A stretch of 64,000 nt of DNA from positions 10,620-74,619 of the forward strand of contig JAVKHQ010000014.1 of NCBI GenBank assembly GCA_031459875.1, read 5' to 3'. This DNA is from Candidatus Fervidifonticultor sextus (GTDB taxonomy: Bacteria; Sysuimicrobiota; Sysuimicrobiia; Sysuimicrobiales; Humicultoraceae). The translations under genes and the position numbers were made by a program. Shown here piece by piece: positions 31,502-41,462 of the stretch; position 1 is the stretch's first letter, and each line of letters opens with the position of its first letter. The notes beneath the pieces are model-generated. The model was not told the origin of the DNA and made no database searches. It saw nothing but the letters and a program-made list of their open reading frames with translations.

Positions 31502-32417
31502 AGCACAGATCCACCAGCAGGTTGACCAGGACGAACGCCAGGGCAATGGCCAGGACGGCGCCCTGGACGACGGGGTAGTCGCGCAGGTTGATGCCTTCCA
31601 GCGCATAGCGACCGATGCCGGGAAGCCCGAAGATCTGTTCGATGATGACGGTGCCGCCCAGCAGGGTCCCGAACTGGAGGCCGATGACCGTGACGACCGG
31701 GATGAGGGCTGGGCGCAGCGCGTGGCGCAGGATCACGGCGGCTTCGCGCAGGCCCTTGGCGCGCGCCGTGCGGACGTAGTGCCGGTTCAGCACCTCCAGC
31801 AGGCTGCTGCGTACGATGCGGCTGCTGGCCGCAGCGAGGATCAGCCCCAGCGACAGCGCGGGCAGGACCATGTGGCGCAGGCTTTCCACCAGGTTCTCGG
31901 TGGGCGGCACGTACCCGGTCGGTGGGAACCACCCCAGCCGTAGGGCGAAGAGCAGGATGAGCAGGATGGCAAGCCAGAACGACGGGACCGAGAGGCCGAG
32001 CAGCACGAAGGCGGTGGCCAGGTAGTCGGCGGCCTTCCCGCGTTGGAGCGCGGCCAGGATGCCGATGGGGAACCCGATGGCTGCCGCCACCAGCAGCCCG
32101 AGCAGGGACAACTGGATCGTCACCGGGAAGCGGCGCAGCAGTTCCGGGCCGACCGGTCGGCCGGTGCGCAGCGACCGACCCAGGTCGCCGCGGGCCAGGG
32201 CAGCCAGGTAGTCACCGAACTGGACTGGCAGCGACCGGTTCAACCCGAAGAGCCGGCGCAGTTCCTCCACCCGCTGGGGCGAGATGGAGGCCTCAAGGCC
32301 GATCAGTTGTGTGACCACATCGCCTGGCACCAGCCGGATGAGCAGGAAGACGGCCAGCACCACGCCCAGCACGGTGGGGATGGCCAGCAGCAGCCTCCGG
32401 ATCAGGTAGGGGCCCAT
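31467..32417 (-). CDS. Dpp/Opp ABC permease (DppB-like)
   Basis: PGD, GDLGRS, TARAKGL, DPRIR. Confidence 0.92.
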   Translation of the reverse strand: MGPYLIRRLLLAIPTVLGVVLAVFLLIRLVPGDVVTQLIGLEASISPQRVEELRRLFGLNRSLPVQFGDYLAALARGDLGRSLRTGRPVGPELLRRFPVTIQLSLLGLLVAAAIGFPIGILAALQRGKAADYLATAFVLLGLSVPSFWLAILLILLFALRLGWFPPTGYVPPTENLVESLRHMVLPALSLGLILAAASSRIVRSSLLEVLNRHYVRTARAKGLREAAVILRHALRPALIPVVTVIGLQFGTLLGGTVIIEQIFGLPGIGRYALEGINLRDYPVVQGAVLAIALAFVLVNLLVDLCYGVIDPRIRYG

Positions 32418-32429
32418 CGGGTGGGGTAC

Positions 32430-33722
32430 TCATACTCCGAGTGCACGCCCAACCCTTTCTGATCGGGTCGCGGGGAAGCGCCGGAAGACCGCGGTGCCGA
32501 CGATCACACATGCCGCGGCCAGCAGCGGGACGATCCGGAGGCCGAGGTCGTAGCCCCATGCGGCGAGGACGCCGCCAAGGAGGATCGAGGCCAGGCTCGT
32601 TGCGCCGTTGAGGACCAGGCCCTGGAAGGCGAAGAACATCCCTTCGAGTCGTTGCCCGCGCTCGGCGGCTACGGTATGCGCGATGTCGGCCAGCAGCGTG
32701 TTGGGCAAGGTGAACAACGCCGCCAGGGAAGGGGCGGCCAGGGCGATGACCACGTACCCCTGGGCCGCGGCACTCAAGGGAACCGGCCACCATCCCACCG
32801 TAGCCATGAGCGCCAGGGTGGCACCGGATGTCCCCATCGCCGCCAGCAGCGTCCTGTGGGTTCCGATCCGATGGGCCAGGGCGGTGACCGCCGGGGTGGT
32901 CAGGATCGTTGTGGCCACGCCAACTGCCAGGATCGTGCCCACCGCGGCGCGCGGCAGGTCCATCAGCACCGTGACGAAGAGGGCCAGTGTGAGCTGGACC
33001 ATCGAGAGGCCCAGCCACAGCAGTGCGAAACCGGAGATGAAGATGCGGAACCGAAGGTTGCCGAACACGGCGCGCAGCGCCGCGGTGAAGTGCAGGCGGG
33101 TATCGGCGATCGGGTGCTCCCGAATCGCCAGGCCGGCCAGCAGCATGGGGATCATGCCCAGGGGTGCCAGGACCATTCCCATGACCGGAAAGCCCTGCCG
33201 CGACGCCAGTTGCGCCGAGGCGAGGTAGGCGGCGGCGGTGCCGACCAGCGTGAAGATCGTCTGCCATGCCGCCGTGGCGATCCGCTCGCGCCCGGCATGT
33301 GTGACTTCGGGCAGCAGCGCCATGTAGGGGTTGAGCACCAGAGTGAAGAGCAGGAAGAAGAGACCGAGCAACACCGTCAGGTATACGAAGTTGGCCGTGG
33401 TGACCGCCGCGTCGGGTGGGCGCCAGAGCAGGGCGAAGACCACCGCCAGCAGCGGCGCCCCGATGAAGATGAACGGCCGGCGTCTGCCGCCGCGGCCGCG
33501 GTGTCCGTCGCTCCAGTGCGCGATCGGGGGGTCCACCAGCGCGTCCACCAGGCGGCCCAGGCCCATGGCGATCCCGAGCAATGTGGGGGTCGCCCGCTGC
33601 GGCAGTCCCTGGTCGGGCGGCGGCGCGTAGTAGTAGAACGTCCAGAGCAGGACGGTCTGCTGGAGCAGGCTGGTGCCGAAGACCCCGAAGGCGTAGGCCA
33701 CCTGGCGCGCCGGTGAGAGCAC
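32430..33722 (-). CDS. MFS transporter (GPH/MelB-like)
   Basis: DALVDP.I..WSD, GRRRPF, NPY.ALLPE; about 12 hydrophobic segments. Confidence 0.85.
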   Translation of the reverse strand: MLSPARQVAYAFGVFGTSLLQQTVLLWTFYYYAPPPDQGLPQRATPTLLGIAMGLGRLVDALVDPPIAHWSDGHRGRGGRRRPFIFIGAPLLAVVFALLWRPPDAAVTTANFVYLTVLLGLFFLLFTLVLNPYMALLPEVTHAGRERIATAAWQTIFTLVGTAAAYLASAQLASRQGFPVMGMVLAPLGMIPMLLAGLAIREHPIADTRLHFTAALRAVFGNLRFRIFISGFALLWLGLSMVQLTLALFVTVLMDLPRAAVGTILAVGVATTILTTPAVTALAHRIGTHRTLLAAMGTSGATLALMATVGWWPVPLSAAAQGYVVIALAAPSLAALFTLPNTLLADIAHTVAAERGQRLEGMFFAFQGLVLNGATSLASILLGGVLAAWGYDLGLRIVPLLAAACVIVGTAVFRRFPATRSERVGRALGV

Positions 33723-33836
33723 GCGCCAGCCTTCCACGACCCCACAGGGCGCCCCTCCCTCCCTGGCGTATCCTTGCAGTACCCGCCGGGCGGGGTGGAG
33801 GTTGCTCAAAGACCCGTCTCCGGGGAAGGAGGGGGC

Positions 33837-34958
33837 ATGCTGCGATACCTGACGGCCGGTGAATCCCACGGGCGGGCGCTGGTGGCCATCATCGAGGGAG
33901 TGCCGGCCGGACTGCCTGTGGACGAGGCCTACATCAACACGCAGCTGGCGCGGCGCATGTTCGGCTACGGCCGTGGCGGCCGCATGCAGATCGAGCAGGA
34001 CCGCGCCGAGATCATCTCCGGCATCGTTCGGGGGGAGACCATCGGCGCGCCGGTCTCCGTGCTGATCGCCAACCGCGACTGGCGGCAGGACGAGCCCGAC
34101 ATCACCCGGCCCCGCCCGGGTCATGCCGATCTGGTCGGAGCGCTCAAGTACGGTTTCGACGAGGTGCGCCGCGTCCTGGAGCGTTCCAGCGCGCGCGAGA
34201 CCGCGGCCCGCGTCGCCATGGGCGCCATCTGCCGGCGGTTCCTGGAAGAGTTCGGGATCAGGCTCTTCAGCCACGTGACCGAGATCGGCGGGGAGACGAT
34301 CCGCACCCGGCCGGACCGCTGGGAAGACATCCCGGGCCTGGCCGAGGCCTCGGCGGTGCGGTGCGTGGACCCCGAGGCCGAAGCACGGATGAAGGCCGCC
34401 ATCGATGCGGCGGCCGAGCGTGGGGACACGCTGGGCGGCGTGTTCGAGGTCGTCGTCCTTGGCCTCCCCCCGGGCCTGGGCAGTTACGTGCATTGGGACC
34501 GCAAACTCGACGCCCGCCTGGCCGCGGCCCTCATTTCGATCAATGCGGTCAAGGGTGTCGAGTTCGGACTGGGATTCGAGGCGGCGCGGACGCCGGGCAG
34601 CCGGGCGCACGACGAGATCTTCTACGATCCAGCCAGAGGGTTCTACCGGACCACGAACCGCTCCGGGGGCCTGGAAGGCGGAACGTCAAGCGGCGACCCG
34701 CTGGTTGTGCGCGCGGCGATGAAACCTCTCTCGACGCTGCGGACGCCGCTCCGGTCGGTCGACCTGAGGACGAAGGAAGTCGTTGAGGCGGTTGTCGTGC
34801 GCAGCGACGTCTGCGCGGTGCCGGCAGCCGGCGTCATCGGTGAGGCCATGGTGGCGTTCGTGCTGGCAGACGCGTTCCTGGAGAAGTTCGGCGGCGACGC
34901 CATGGCGCACATCCGTCGCGCCTATGAGGCGTTTGCGGCCGAGGTGCGAAGGGCGTGA
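33837..34958 (+). CDS. aroC: Chorismate synthase
   Basis: [32 protein letters not shown]. Confidence 0.97.
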   Translation: MLRYLTAGESHGRALVAIIEGVPAGLPVDEAYINTQLARRMFGYGRGGRMQIEQDRAEIISGIVRGETIGAPVSVLIANRDWRQDEPDITRPRPGHADLVGALKYGFDEVRRVLERSSARETAARVAMGAICRRFLEEFGIRLFSHVTEIGGETIRTRPDRWEDIPGLAEASAVRCVDPEAEARMKAAIDAAAERGDTLGGVFEVVVLGLPPGLGSYVHWDRKLDARLAAALISINAVKGVEFGLGFEAARTPGSRAHDEIFYDPARGFYRTTNRSGGLEGGTSSGDPLVVRAAMKPLSTLRTPLRSVDLRTKEVVEAVVVRSDVCAVPAAGVIGEAMVAFVLADAFLEKFGGDAMAHIRRAYEAFAAEVRRA

Positions 34959-34998
34959 GACGAAAAACAGGTCCCCGTGGTGGGCCGAACACGGTGCT

Positions 34999-35565
34999 GT
35001 GCTGACCATCGTGGGAGAACACGTCAACCTGCGGCAGTTCCTCCCCGGCGACGATGCGTGGTTGGTCCAGGCCATGGCCCGGGGGTCCTGGTGGCGCTGG
35101 GATGCGCCCTGGGAAGGGCCGCCGACGGAGGTCGAACTCCGCCGGCTGCCCCGCCTGGTGGCGGTGCTGGTCGGTGAGCGTGCCGTCCCACCCCGTCGCA
35201 TGGTGATCGAGACGCGGGCCGGCCGCCCCATCGGCACGGTGACGCGGTACTGGGCGGACGTGCGCACCCGGTGGCTGGAGGTGGGTGTGGGCATCTACTC
35301 GGCCCGGGACTGGGGGCGGGGGTTTGGCACCGAGGCCCTGGCCCTGTGGGTGGACTACCTGTTCGAGACGATGCCCATCCACCGGATCGGCCTGCGAACC
35401 TGGTCGGGGAACCGACGGATGATGCGCGTGGCCCGGCGTCTGGGGTTCAGGCAGGAAGCCGCCTTCCGCCAGGCCTACGTGACGCGCAGGCGCGCCTACG
35501 ACCGGGTGGCCTTCGGTCTGCTGCGCCGCGAGTGGCAGCGCGCGCGCCGGGCCTGGCCGGTGTGA
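34999..35565 (+). CDS. RimJ/RimL-type GNAT acetyltransferase
   Basis: WGRGFGT.AL, TWSGN.RM, LGF.QE; start estimated. Confidence 0.8.
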   Translation: MLTIVGEHVNLRQFLPGDDAWLVQAMARGSWWRWDAPWEGPPTEVELRRLPRLVAVLVGERAVPPRRMVIETRAGRPIGTVTRYWADVRTRWLEVGVGIYSARDWGRGFGTEALALWVDYLFETMPIHRIGLRTWSGNRRMMRVARRLGFRQEAAFRQAYVTRRRAYDRVAFGLLRREWQRARRAWPV

Positions 35566-35569
35566 TCGG

Positions 35570-37189
35570 GTGGCGTCGGCGCCGATGCCGTCGGCTGCGA
35601 TACGCGTGATCTCTCTGGTCGGTCTCATGGGATCCGGCAAGACCGAGGTCGGCCGGACCCTGGCGCGCCGGCTCGGTTGGGAATTCATCGATACGGATGC
35701 GGAAATCGAGGCACGCGAGGGTCGGTCGGTTGCCGCCATCTTCCAGGATGCAGGTGAGGGAGACTTTCGCCGGGTGGAGCGCGACGTGGTCCGCCGCGCA
35801 ACCCGCGGCCGCAGGAGGGTGATCGCCACCGGCGGCGGCGCCGTGCTCTCGCCCCGGAGCCGTCGGGCGCTGACGCAGGCCGGACCGGTCTTCTACCTGC
35901 GGGCGCCGGTGGAGGTGCTTCTGCAGCGTGTGGGGAACGACCCGAGCCGGCCGTTGCTGGGGGATGACCCGCGGGCGTCGCTGGAACGGCTGCTGCGGGA
36001 GCGCGAGGCGCTCTACCTCCAGACCGGGATGCCGGTGGACGCCGCCAGGCCGGCGGACGCGGTCGCAGACGACATCCTGGCCCATCTGGCGGCGTCGCGC
36101 CGGCGGGTGCGCGTGGATCTGGGTCCCCGATCCTACGACGTGCTCATCGGGATCGGAGCGCAGGCCCTGGTGGGCTACGACCTCGAGCAGATGGGTGCGG
36201 GCGGGCAGGTGGCGGTTGTCACGCACCGGTCGCTCTTGAGGCGATTCGGCGCCTCGGTCGTGGCGGCGCTGGAGGGTTGCGGGTTCATGGTGCGTACCAT
36301 TGCGGTGCCGGCCGGCGAACGGGCGAAGACCCTCCGGCAGGCCAGCCGGATCCTCGACGCGCTGGGGGCCGCCGGCCTGACGCGGTCGGATACCCTCGTG
36401 GCGCTGGGCGGTGGCGTGATCGGGGATCTCGCCGGGTTCGCCGCCGGCATCTACATGCGGGGCATCCGGTTCGTGCAACTCCCGACGACGCTGCTGGCTC
36501 AACTCGACAGCAGCATCGGTGGGAAGACCGGCGTGAACCATCCCAGGGCGAAGAACCTGGTGGGTGTCTACCATCAGCCGGCCCTGGTCGTGGCAGACAT
36601 TGAGGTCCTGCGACACCTGCCCCTGCGGGAGCGGCGCGCAGGGCTGGCCGAGGCGGTCAAGTACGGGGTGGTCCTCGACCGTGATCTCTTCGAGTGGCTG
36701 GCGCGCGACCCCCAGCGGCTCCTCGGGCGGGACGCCTGGGACGACCTGGAGGAGATCGTTTTCCGCTGCGCGTCGCTGAAGGCGCGGGTGGTGGCCCAGG
36801 ACGAGTTCGAACAGGGGCCCCGCGAGGTGTTGAACTACGGGCACACCGTGGGGCACGCCATCGAGGCGGCGATGCCGGGTGCCCTGGTTCACGGCGAGGC
36901 CGTCGCCGTCGGCATGCGGGTCGAGGCGCGGGTCGCCGTCCGGTTGAGCCTGATGGCGGACGGCGACGCCGACCGTCAGGACACCCTGCTCCGCCGGCTG
37001 GGCCTGCCCGTCACGGTGCCGGAGGGGCCGGTCGGTCCGTTGCTGGACGCGATGCGCCTGGACAAGAAGCGGCGCGACGGGAGGATTCGCTGCACCCTCC
37101 CCGAAGGCATCGGCCGGGCACGGCTCGGCGTCGACGTTCCAGAGTCCCTGATGGAGGAGGTCCTGCGATTGTGCCAAGAGTCCTGGTGA
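35570..37189 (+). CDS. aroB: Fused shikimate kinase / 3-dehydroquinate synthase (AroK-AroB)
   Basis: GLMGSGKT and GGG N-terminal; GE.AK, GGGVIGD, PTTLLAQ.DSSIGGKTG, LNYGHT C-terminal. Confidence 0.93.
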   Translation: MASAPMPSAAIRVISLVGLMGSGKTEVGRTLARRLGWEFIDTDAEIEAREGRSVAAIFQDAGEGDFRRVERDVVRRATRGRRRVIATGGGAVLSPRSRRALTQAGPVFYLRAPVEVLLQRVGNDPSRPLLGDDPRASLERLLREREALYLQTGMPVDAARPADAVADDILAHLAASRRRVRVDLGPRSYDVLIGIGAQALVGYDLEQMGAGGQVAVVTHRSLLRRFGASVVAALEGCGFMVRTIAVPAGERAKTLRQASRILDALGAAGLTRSDTLVALGGGVIGDLAGFAAGIYMRGIRFVQLPTTLLAQLDSSIGGKTGVNHPRAKNLVGVYHQPALVVADIEVLRHLPLRERRAGLAEAVKYGVVLDRDLFEWLARDPQRLLGRDAWDDLEEIVFRCASLKARVVAQDEFEQGPREVLNYGHTVGHAIEAAMPGALVHGEAVAVGMRVEARVAVRLSLMADGDADRQDTLLRRLGLPVTVPEGPVGPLLDAMRLDKKRRDGRIRCTLPEGIGRARLGVDVPESLMEEVLRLCQESW

Positions 37190-37617
37190 TGTACGGTCCA
37201 AACCTCAACCTGTTGGGCAGCCGCGAACCCCACATCTACGGCGAGGCCACCCTGGAGGCGGTCAACGCGCGCGTGGGGGCCGCCGCTGCTGCCGCCGGGA
37301 TCGAGCTCGAGGTGTTCCAGTCCAATCACGAGGGAGCACTGATCGACCGCCTCCATGAGGCGCGGACGACCTGCCAGGCCGTTGTCCTCAACCCCGGTGG
37401 TCTGGGGCACACCAGCGTGGCGCTGCGCGACGCCATTGCCGCCATCGGGATTCCGGTGGTCGAGTGCCACCTGTCCAACCTGGCCAGACGGGAGGAGTTC
37501 CGGCAGCGCTCGCTCATCAGCGATGTCTGCGCCGGTGTCATCATGGGCTTTGGACCCGAGAGCATGGTGCTGGGCCTGCGGGCGGCCGCGGCCCTCATCC
37601 AGGGCAGAGCGCGCTAG
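37171..37617 (+). CDS. aroQ: Type II 3-dehydroquinate dehydratase
   Basis: GPNLNLLG.REP.IYG, QSNHEG, E.HLSN; GGAGGAGG RBS. Confidence 0.95.
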   Translation: MPRVLVMYGPNLNLLGSREPHIYGEATLEAVNARVGAAAAAAGIELEVFQSNHEGALIDRLHEARTTCQAVVLNPGGLGHTSVALRDAIAAIGIPVVECHLSNLARREEFRQRSLISDVCAGVIMGFGPESMVLGLRAAAALIQGRAR

Positions 37618-37626
37618 CGAGGGCAC

Positions 37627-38019
37627 ATGCACGTCCGCGGCATCCGAGGCGCCACCACCGCCGCTGCGAACTCGGCGGACGCCATCCAGGACGCGACCCG
37701 CGAGTTGCTGCTGGCGGTCGTGCGGGCGAACCAGGTTGAATCCGATGAGATCGCGGCGGTGTTCTTCACCGCCACGCCCGACCTGAACGCCACCTATCCG
37801 GCTGAGGCCGCCCGGCAGCTCGGCTGGCAGACCGTGCCCCTGCTTTCGTTTGCCGACCTCGCCGTACCGGGCTCGCTGCCCCGCTGCATCCGCGTGCTCC
37901 TTTTGTGGAACACCCCGCGGGCCCAGGAGGAGGTCGTCCACGTGTACCTGCGCGGGGCCGAAGTGCTGCGGCCGGACCTCGCCGGACCCGGCGCCGGCGC
38001 TGCGGCGGATGACGCCTGA
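37627..38019 (+). CDS. aroH: Chorismate mutase (AroH class)
   Basis: RGIRGATT, T.DL.A.YPA.AAR, CIRVL, HVYLRGA..LRPD. Confidence 0.95.
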   Translation: MHVRGIRGATTAAANSADAIQDATRELLLAVVRANQVESDEIAAVFFTATPDLNATYPAEAARQLGWQTVPLLSFADLAVPGSLPRCIRVLLLWNTPRAQEEVVHVYLRGAEVLRPDLAGPGAGAAADDA

Positions 38020-39319
38020 ACGGTCCGTGCGCGAGGTCGTTCCCCTGGCGGCTCCTCCCGATGCCGTTGTCTCCGTCCCGGGATCGAAGAGCCTGACCAA
38101 CCGCGCGCTGGTCCTGGCGGCGCTGGCCGACGGCCCTTCGCGCCTGACCAACGCGCTCTTTTGCGACGATACGGCCGTGATGGTGGAGTCGCTGTGGCGG
38201 CTGGGGTTCGACGTGCGCGTGGACGAGCGGGCGCTCACGATGGACGTGATCGGTTTGGGCGGTGTGATTCCCGCGCGCGCGGCCGACCTGTTCGTGGGCG
38301 GGGCGGGGACGGTGGCGCGGTTCCTGACGGCCATGGCGTGTTTGGGAGCGGGGCGCTACCACATCGATGGCGTCGACCGGATGCGGGAGCGGCCGATCCA
38401 GGACCTGGTCGACGCGCTGGCGATGCTCGGCGCCTCGGTGGAGGCCACCCGCGGGGCCCTGCCGGTGGTCGTGGAGGCGTCCGGCCTGCGCGGGGGCCGT
38501 ACCGTCGTCAGGGGAGAGGTCAGCAGCCAGTTTGTCTCGGCGATCCTGATGGCGGCGCCCTATGCGGCCGGTGATGTGGAGGTCGTTGTCGAGGGCCGCC
38601 TGGTCGGCGCACCGTATGTGGAGATGACGCTAGCGACGATGGCGGCGTTTGGGGTGGACGTGACGCGCGAGGGGCTGCGCCGGTTCTGGATTCGGGCCGG
38701 CCAGCGCTACCGGCCCCGCGAGTACGCGGTGGAACCCGACGCCAGCGGGGCCGCCTATTTCTTCGCCGCCGCCGCGATCACCGGCGGCCGCGTCACCGTG
38801 CCCGGACTCGGCACCGCCTCCCTCCAGGGCGACGTCGGGTTCGTCGACGTGCTGGAGCAGATGGGGTGTGCCATCGACCGGCGCGCCGACGCGGTGACCG
38901 TGCGGGGGACCGCCGACCTGCGCGGGGTTGATGTGGATCTGGGCGGGATGAGCGATCAGACGATGACGCTGGCGGCGGTGGCGCCGTTTGCCCGCGGGCC
39001 GACCCGCATCCGGGGGGTGGCCCACATCCGCCACCAGGAGTCCGACCGACTGGCGGCGACCGCGGCGGAGTTACGCCGTCTGGGTCAGGACGTGGAGGAA
39101 CTCGAAGACGGCCTGCGCATCACACCGCGGCCGATCCGGCCCGCCGTCGTCCAGACCCACGGCGACCACCGCCTCGCCATGGCGTTCGCAGTGGCGGGGC
39201 TGCGCGCGCCGGGCATCGCCATTGCCGACCCCGCCTGCGTGGCGAAGACCTTTCCCGACTTCTTCGAGCGTCTGGATCGGTTACGCCGGCCGACAGGCTC
39301 GGCGTACCGGTCCGGCTAG
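38009..39319 (+). CDS. aroA: EPSP synthase
   Basis: PGSKS.TNR, RM.ERP, SSQF, ESDR, DHR.AM, K.FP.F. Confidence 0.95.
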   Translation: MTPERSVREVVPLAAPPDAVVSVPGSKSLTNRALVLAALADGPSRLTNALFCDDTAVMVESLWRLGFDVRVDERALTMDVIGLGGVIPARAADLFVGGAGTVARFLTAMACLGAGRYHIDGVDRMRERPIQDLVDALAMLGASVEATRGALPVVVEASGLRGGRTVVRGEVSSQFVSAILMAAPYAAGDVEVVVEGRLVGAPYVEMTLATMAAFGVDVTREGLRRFWIRAGQRYRPREYAVEPDASGAAYFFAAAAITGGRVTVPGLGTASLQGDVGFVDVLEQMGCAIDRRADAVTVRGTADLRGVDVDLGGMSDQTMTLAAVAPFARGPTRIRGVAHIRHQESDRLAATAAELRRLGQDVEELEDGLRITPRPIRPAVVQTHGDHRLAMAFAVAGLRAPGIAIADPACVAKTFPDFFERLDRLRRPTGSAYRSG

Positions 39320-39471
39320 GCCGCCTTGGTCTCCTGCGGCTTGAACGTGAACCGCTGGCCGCAGTCGCGGCAGCGCCACTCCTGGTTGCCGGCCTCGTCG
39401 GTGCCCTGGTAGTCGATGTGCACGCTCTTGCACCCCGGGCATCGGGAGGCACCCTTCATGCCCATGGCCAT
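39316..39471 (-). CDS. Small zinc-ribbon protein (about 50 aa; absent from ORF track)
   Basis: MAMGMKGASRCPGCKSVHIDYQGTDEAGNQEWRCRDCGQRFTFKPQETKAA; two CxxC; GAAAGGGGG RBS; GC3-rich codons. Confidence 0.75.
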   Translation of the reverse strand: MAMGMKGASRCPGCKSVHIDYQGTDEAGNQEWRCRDCGQRFTFKPQETKAA

Positions 39472-39546
39472 CCCCCTTTCCCGCCCGTCCCCATCGTCTA
39501 CCCGGGAGAGCGGGCGTGCATCGGGTGGAGAACGGATGTGCGCTGC

Positions 39547-40527
39547 CTAGGTGACGGGGCCCTCGGCGGACGGCTCGCCCCCGGCCTCGCCGAGAAACCG
39601 GTCCCAGCGCAGCCGTCCGGGGGGCCGTTCGACCCCGCGGGCATAGGCGACGGCCAGATCGGCCATCTTCTCTACGACCCAGGCGAAGTACACGTCCCGG
39701 ATGCGGGTCCGTTCGAAATCGGGGGCGGGGTTGAGGAAGTCGATGGCGTACGGCACGCCCTCGCGGATCGCGAACTCCACGGTGTTCATGTCATAGCCCA
39801 GGGCCTCGCAGATCAGTCGCGCGTCGTTGACGACGCGGGCGCCCAGGTCCGGCGTGAGGTGGTGGTGGTCGACGATGTAGCGCTCGGTCCAGGGCTGAAT
39901 CCGGGGATCCCAGCGGATGGCCAGGACCTCGCGGCGGCCGATGCAGATACAGCGGACGTAGTGGTCGAACGCGATGTACTCCTGGAGGATCATGGTCTGC
40001 AGGCCGGTCTGGTCGTAGCAGCGCCAGAGGTCTTCCAGGGAGTGGACCTTGAAGACCTGTTTGAAGCCTCCGCCCACGTTGGGCTTGAGGATGGCGGGAA
40101 GCCCGACGTAGTCGACAATCTCCTGCCACGCCAGGGGATACTGCAGGTTGCGCAACGACGCGGGCGTGATGTCGTCGATGTAGGACTTGTTAGGGAGCAC
40201 GACCGTGCGCGGGACCGCGACCCCCAGACGGGCCAGCAGGGCCGTGCCGAAGAACTTCTCGTCGGCCGACCACCAGAAGGGATTGTTGATGACGATGGTG
40301 CCGGTCAGGGCCGCGTACTTCAGGTAGGCGCGGTAGTAGGGGACCTCGTGGGAGATCCGGTCGATGATGACCGCGTACCGACGCGGATCGTCCAGGCGGG
40401 TCCCGCCCAGGCGGCAGAACTCGGCGGTCACCCCGTCCGTCGCGCGCTGGTTCACGTGCTCGATGAAGGCGGCCGGGAACGACTCCTCCCGCCCGACCAG
40501 CAGGCCGATCTTCCTCGACCGGTTCAT
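39547..40527 (-). CDS. ATP-grasp (RimK-like) protein
   Basis: DRISH, NNPFWWSADEKF, P..LKP..GGG, LQE.I, EFAI..G.PYAIDF.NPAPD. Confidence 0.85.
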   Translation of the reverse strand: MNRSRKIGLLVGREESFPAAFIEHVNQRATDGVTAEFCRLGGTRLDDPRRYAVIIDRISHEVPYYRAYLKYAALTGTIVINNPFWWSADEKFFGTALLARLGVAVPRTVVLPNKSYIDDITPASLRNLQYPLAWQEIVDYVGLPAILKPNVGGGFKQVFKVHSLEDLWRCYDQTGLQTMILQEYIAFDHYVRCICIGRREVLAIRWDPRIQPWTERYIVDHHHLTPDLGARVVNDARLICEALGYDMNTVEFAIREGVPYAIDFLNPAPDFERTRIRDVYFAWVVEKMADLAVAYARGVERPPGRLRWDRFLGEAGGEPSAEGPVT

Positions 40528-40624
40528 CGGCAGGCTCCTCGCGGGATGGTGGGGTGCTCTTTTTGGTCGGCGCGGCACGAAGTCCTGCAGCGGGGGTCGC
40601 GGTACCGCGCCCCGGGCCGCACGA

Positions 40625-41329
40625 CTACAGGTAGTGCGGGATGGCTTCCCGCCAGAGGGGCCAGTCGTGCCCGTAGCCCCACCAGATGGCCAGGTCGTGG
40701 GGGACGGCCTTCGCCGTCAGGGTCTCTGAGATGAACCGCGTCGAGCCCAGGGCGACGTCGTGCTCGCCCGCCAGCAGCACGATCTGGAGCCGCCGCATGG
40801 GGGCCAGGTAGGTCTCGTCGGTCAGGTTGGGGAGGAAGTCCGAGGGGCAGTTGAAGTAGGCGTCCTCATCGTAGTAGCCGTCGAGGAAGGGTTTGATGTC
40901 GTAGCGACCCGACAGCGCCACCAATTTGGCGAACAGCGACGGGTGCCGGAAGACGAGGTTGACGGCGTGATAGGCGCCGAAGGACGTGCCCGTCACGGTG
41001 AGCGGGTGGCCGGTGCGCTCGCGAATGAAGGGGATGTACTCGTTCAGGACGTACCGTTCGTAGTCCAGGTGCCGCAGGATGCGCTGCCGCGGCGGGACGG
41101 CCCGGTTGTACCAGGACTCGGCGTCGACGCTGTCGAGGCAGTAGAGCCGGATGAGCCCCGCGTCAATCTTGGATTCCAGGGCGGCGACCATCCCGAAGTC
41201 CTCGTACTGGTAGAAGCGTCCCATGGTGGTGGGGAACACCAGGACCGGAGCCCCGGCGTGTCCGAAGATCAGGGTCTCCATGGTGCGGCCGAGGGCGGGG
41301 CTCACCCAGTGGTAATATTCGCGGTTCAT
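40625..41329 (-). CDS. Esterase family alpha/beta hydrolase
   Basis: W.SP.LGR.M, FPT..GRF, GTSFG nucleophile elbow, GHDW..W. Confidence 0.85.
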   Translation of the reverse strand: MNREYYHWVSPALGRTMETLIFGHAGAPVLVFPTTMGRFYQYEDFGMVAALESKIDAGLIRLYCLDSVDAESWYNRAVPPRQRILRHLDYERYVLNEYIPFIRERTGHPLTVTGTSFGAYHAVNLVFRHPSLFAKLVALSGRYDIKPFLDGYYDEDAYFNCPSDFLPNLTDETYLAPMRRLQIVLLAGEHDVALGSTRFISETLTAKAVPHDLAIWWGYGHDWPLWREAIPHYL

Positions 41330-41462
41330 CGTGCAGGTTCCACTATAGGGTTGCGCGCTCATCTGAGGGGTTCCTGCCCCCGCCGCGAGGAGGCGGGCAG
41401 GGGCGCTGCGGACACGCGCCGAAGTCTGCGGTTGGGATCCTATCCTGCAGGGGGTATGCCCC

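Noticed and set aside
39316..39546. IS1-like insertion sequence
   Set aside because: Only a zinc-ribbon ORF; no DDE transposase, inverted repeats or target duplication seen.
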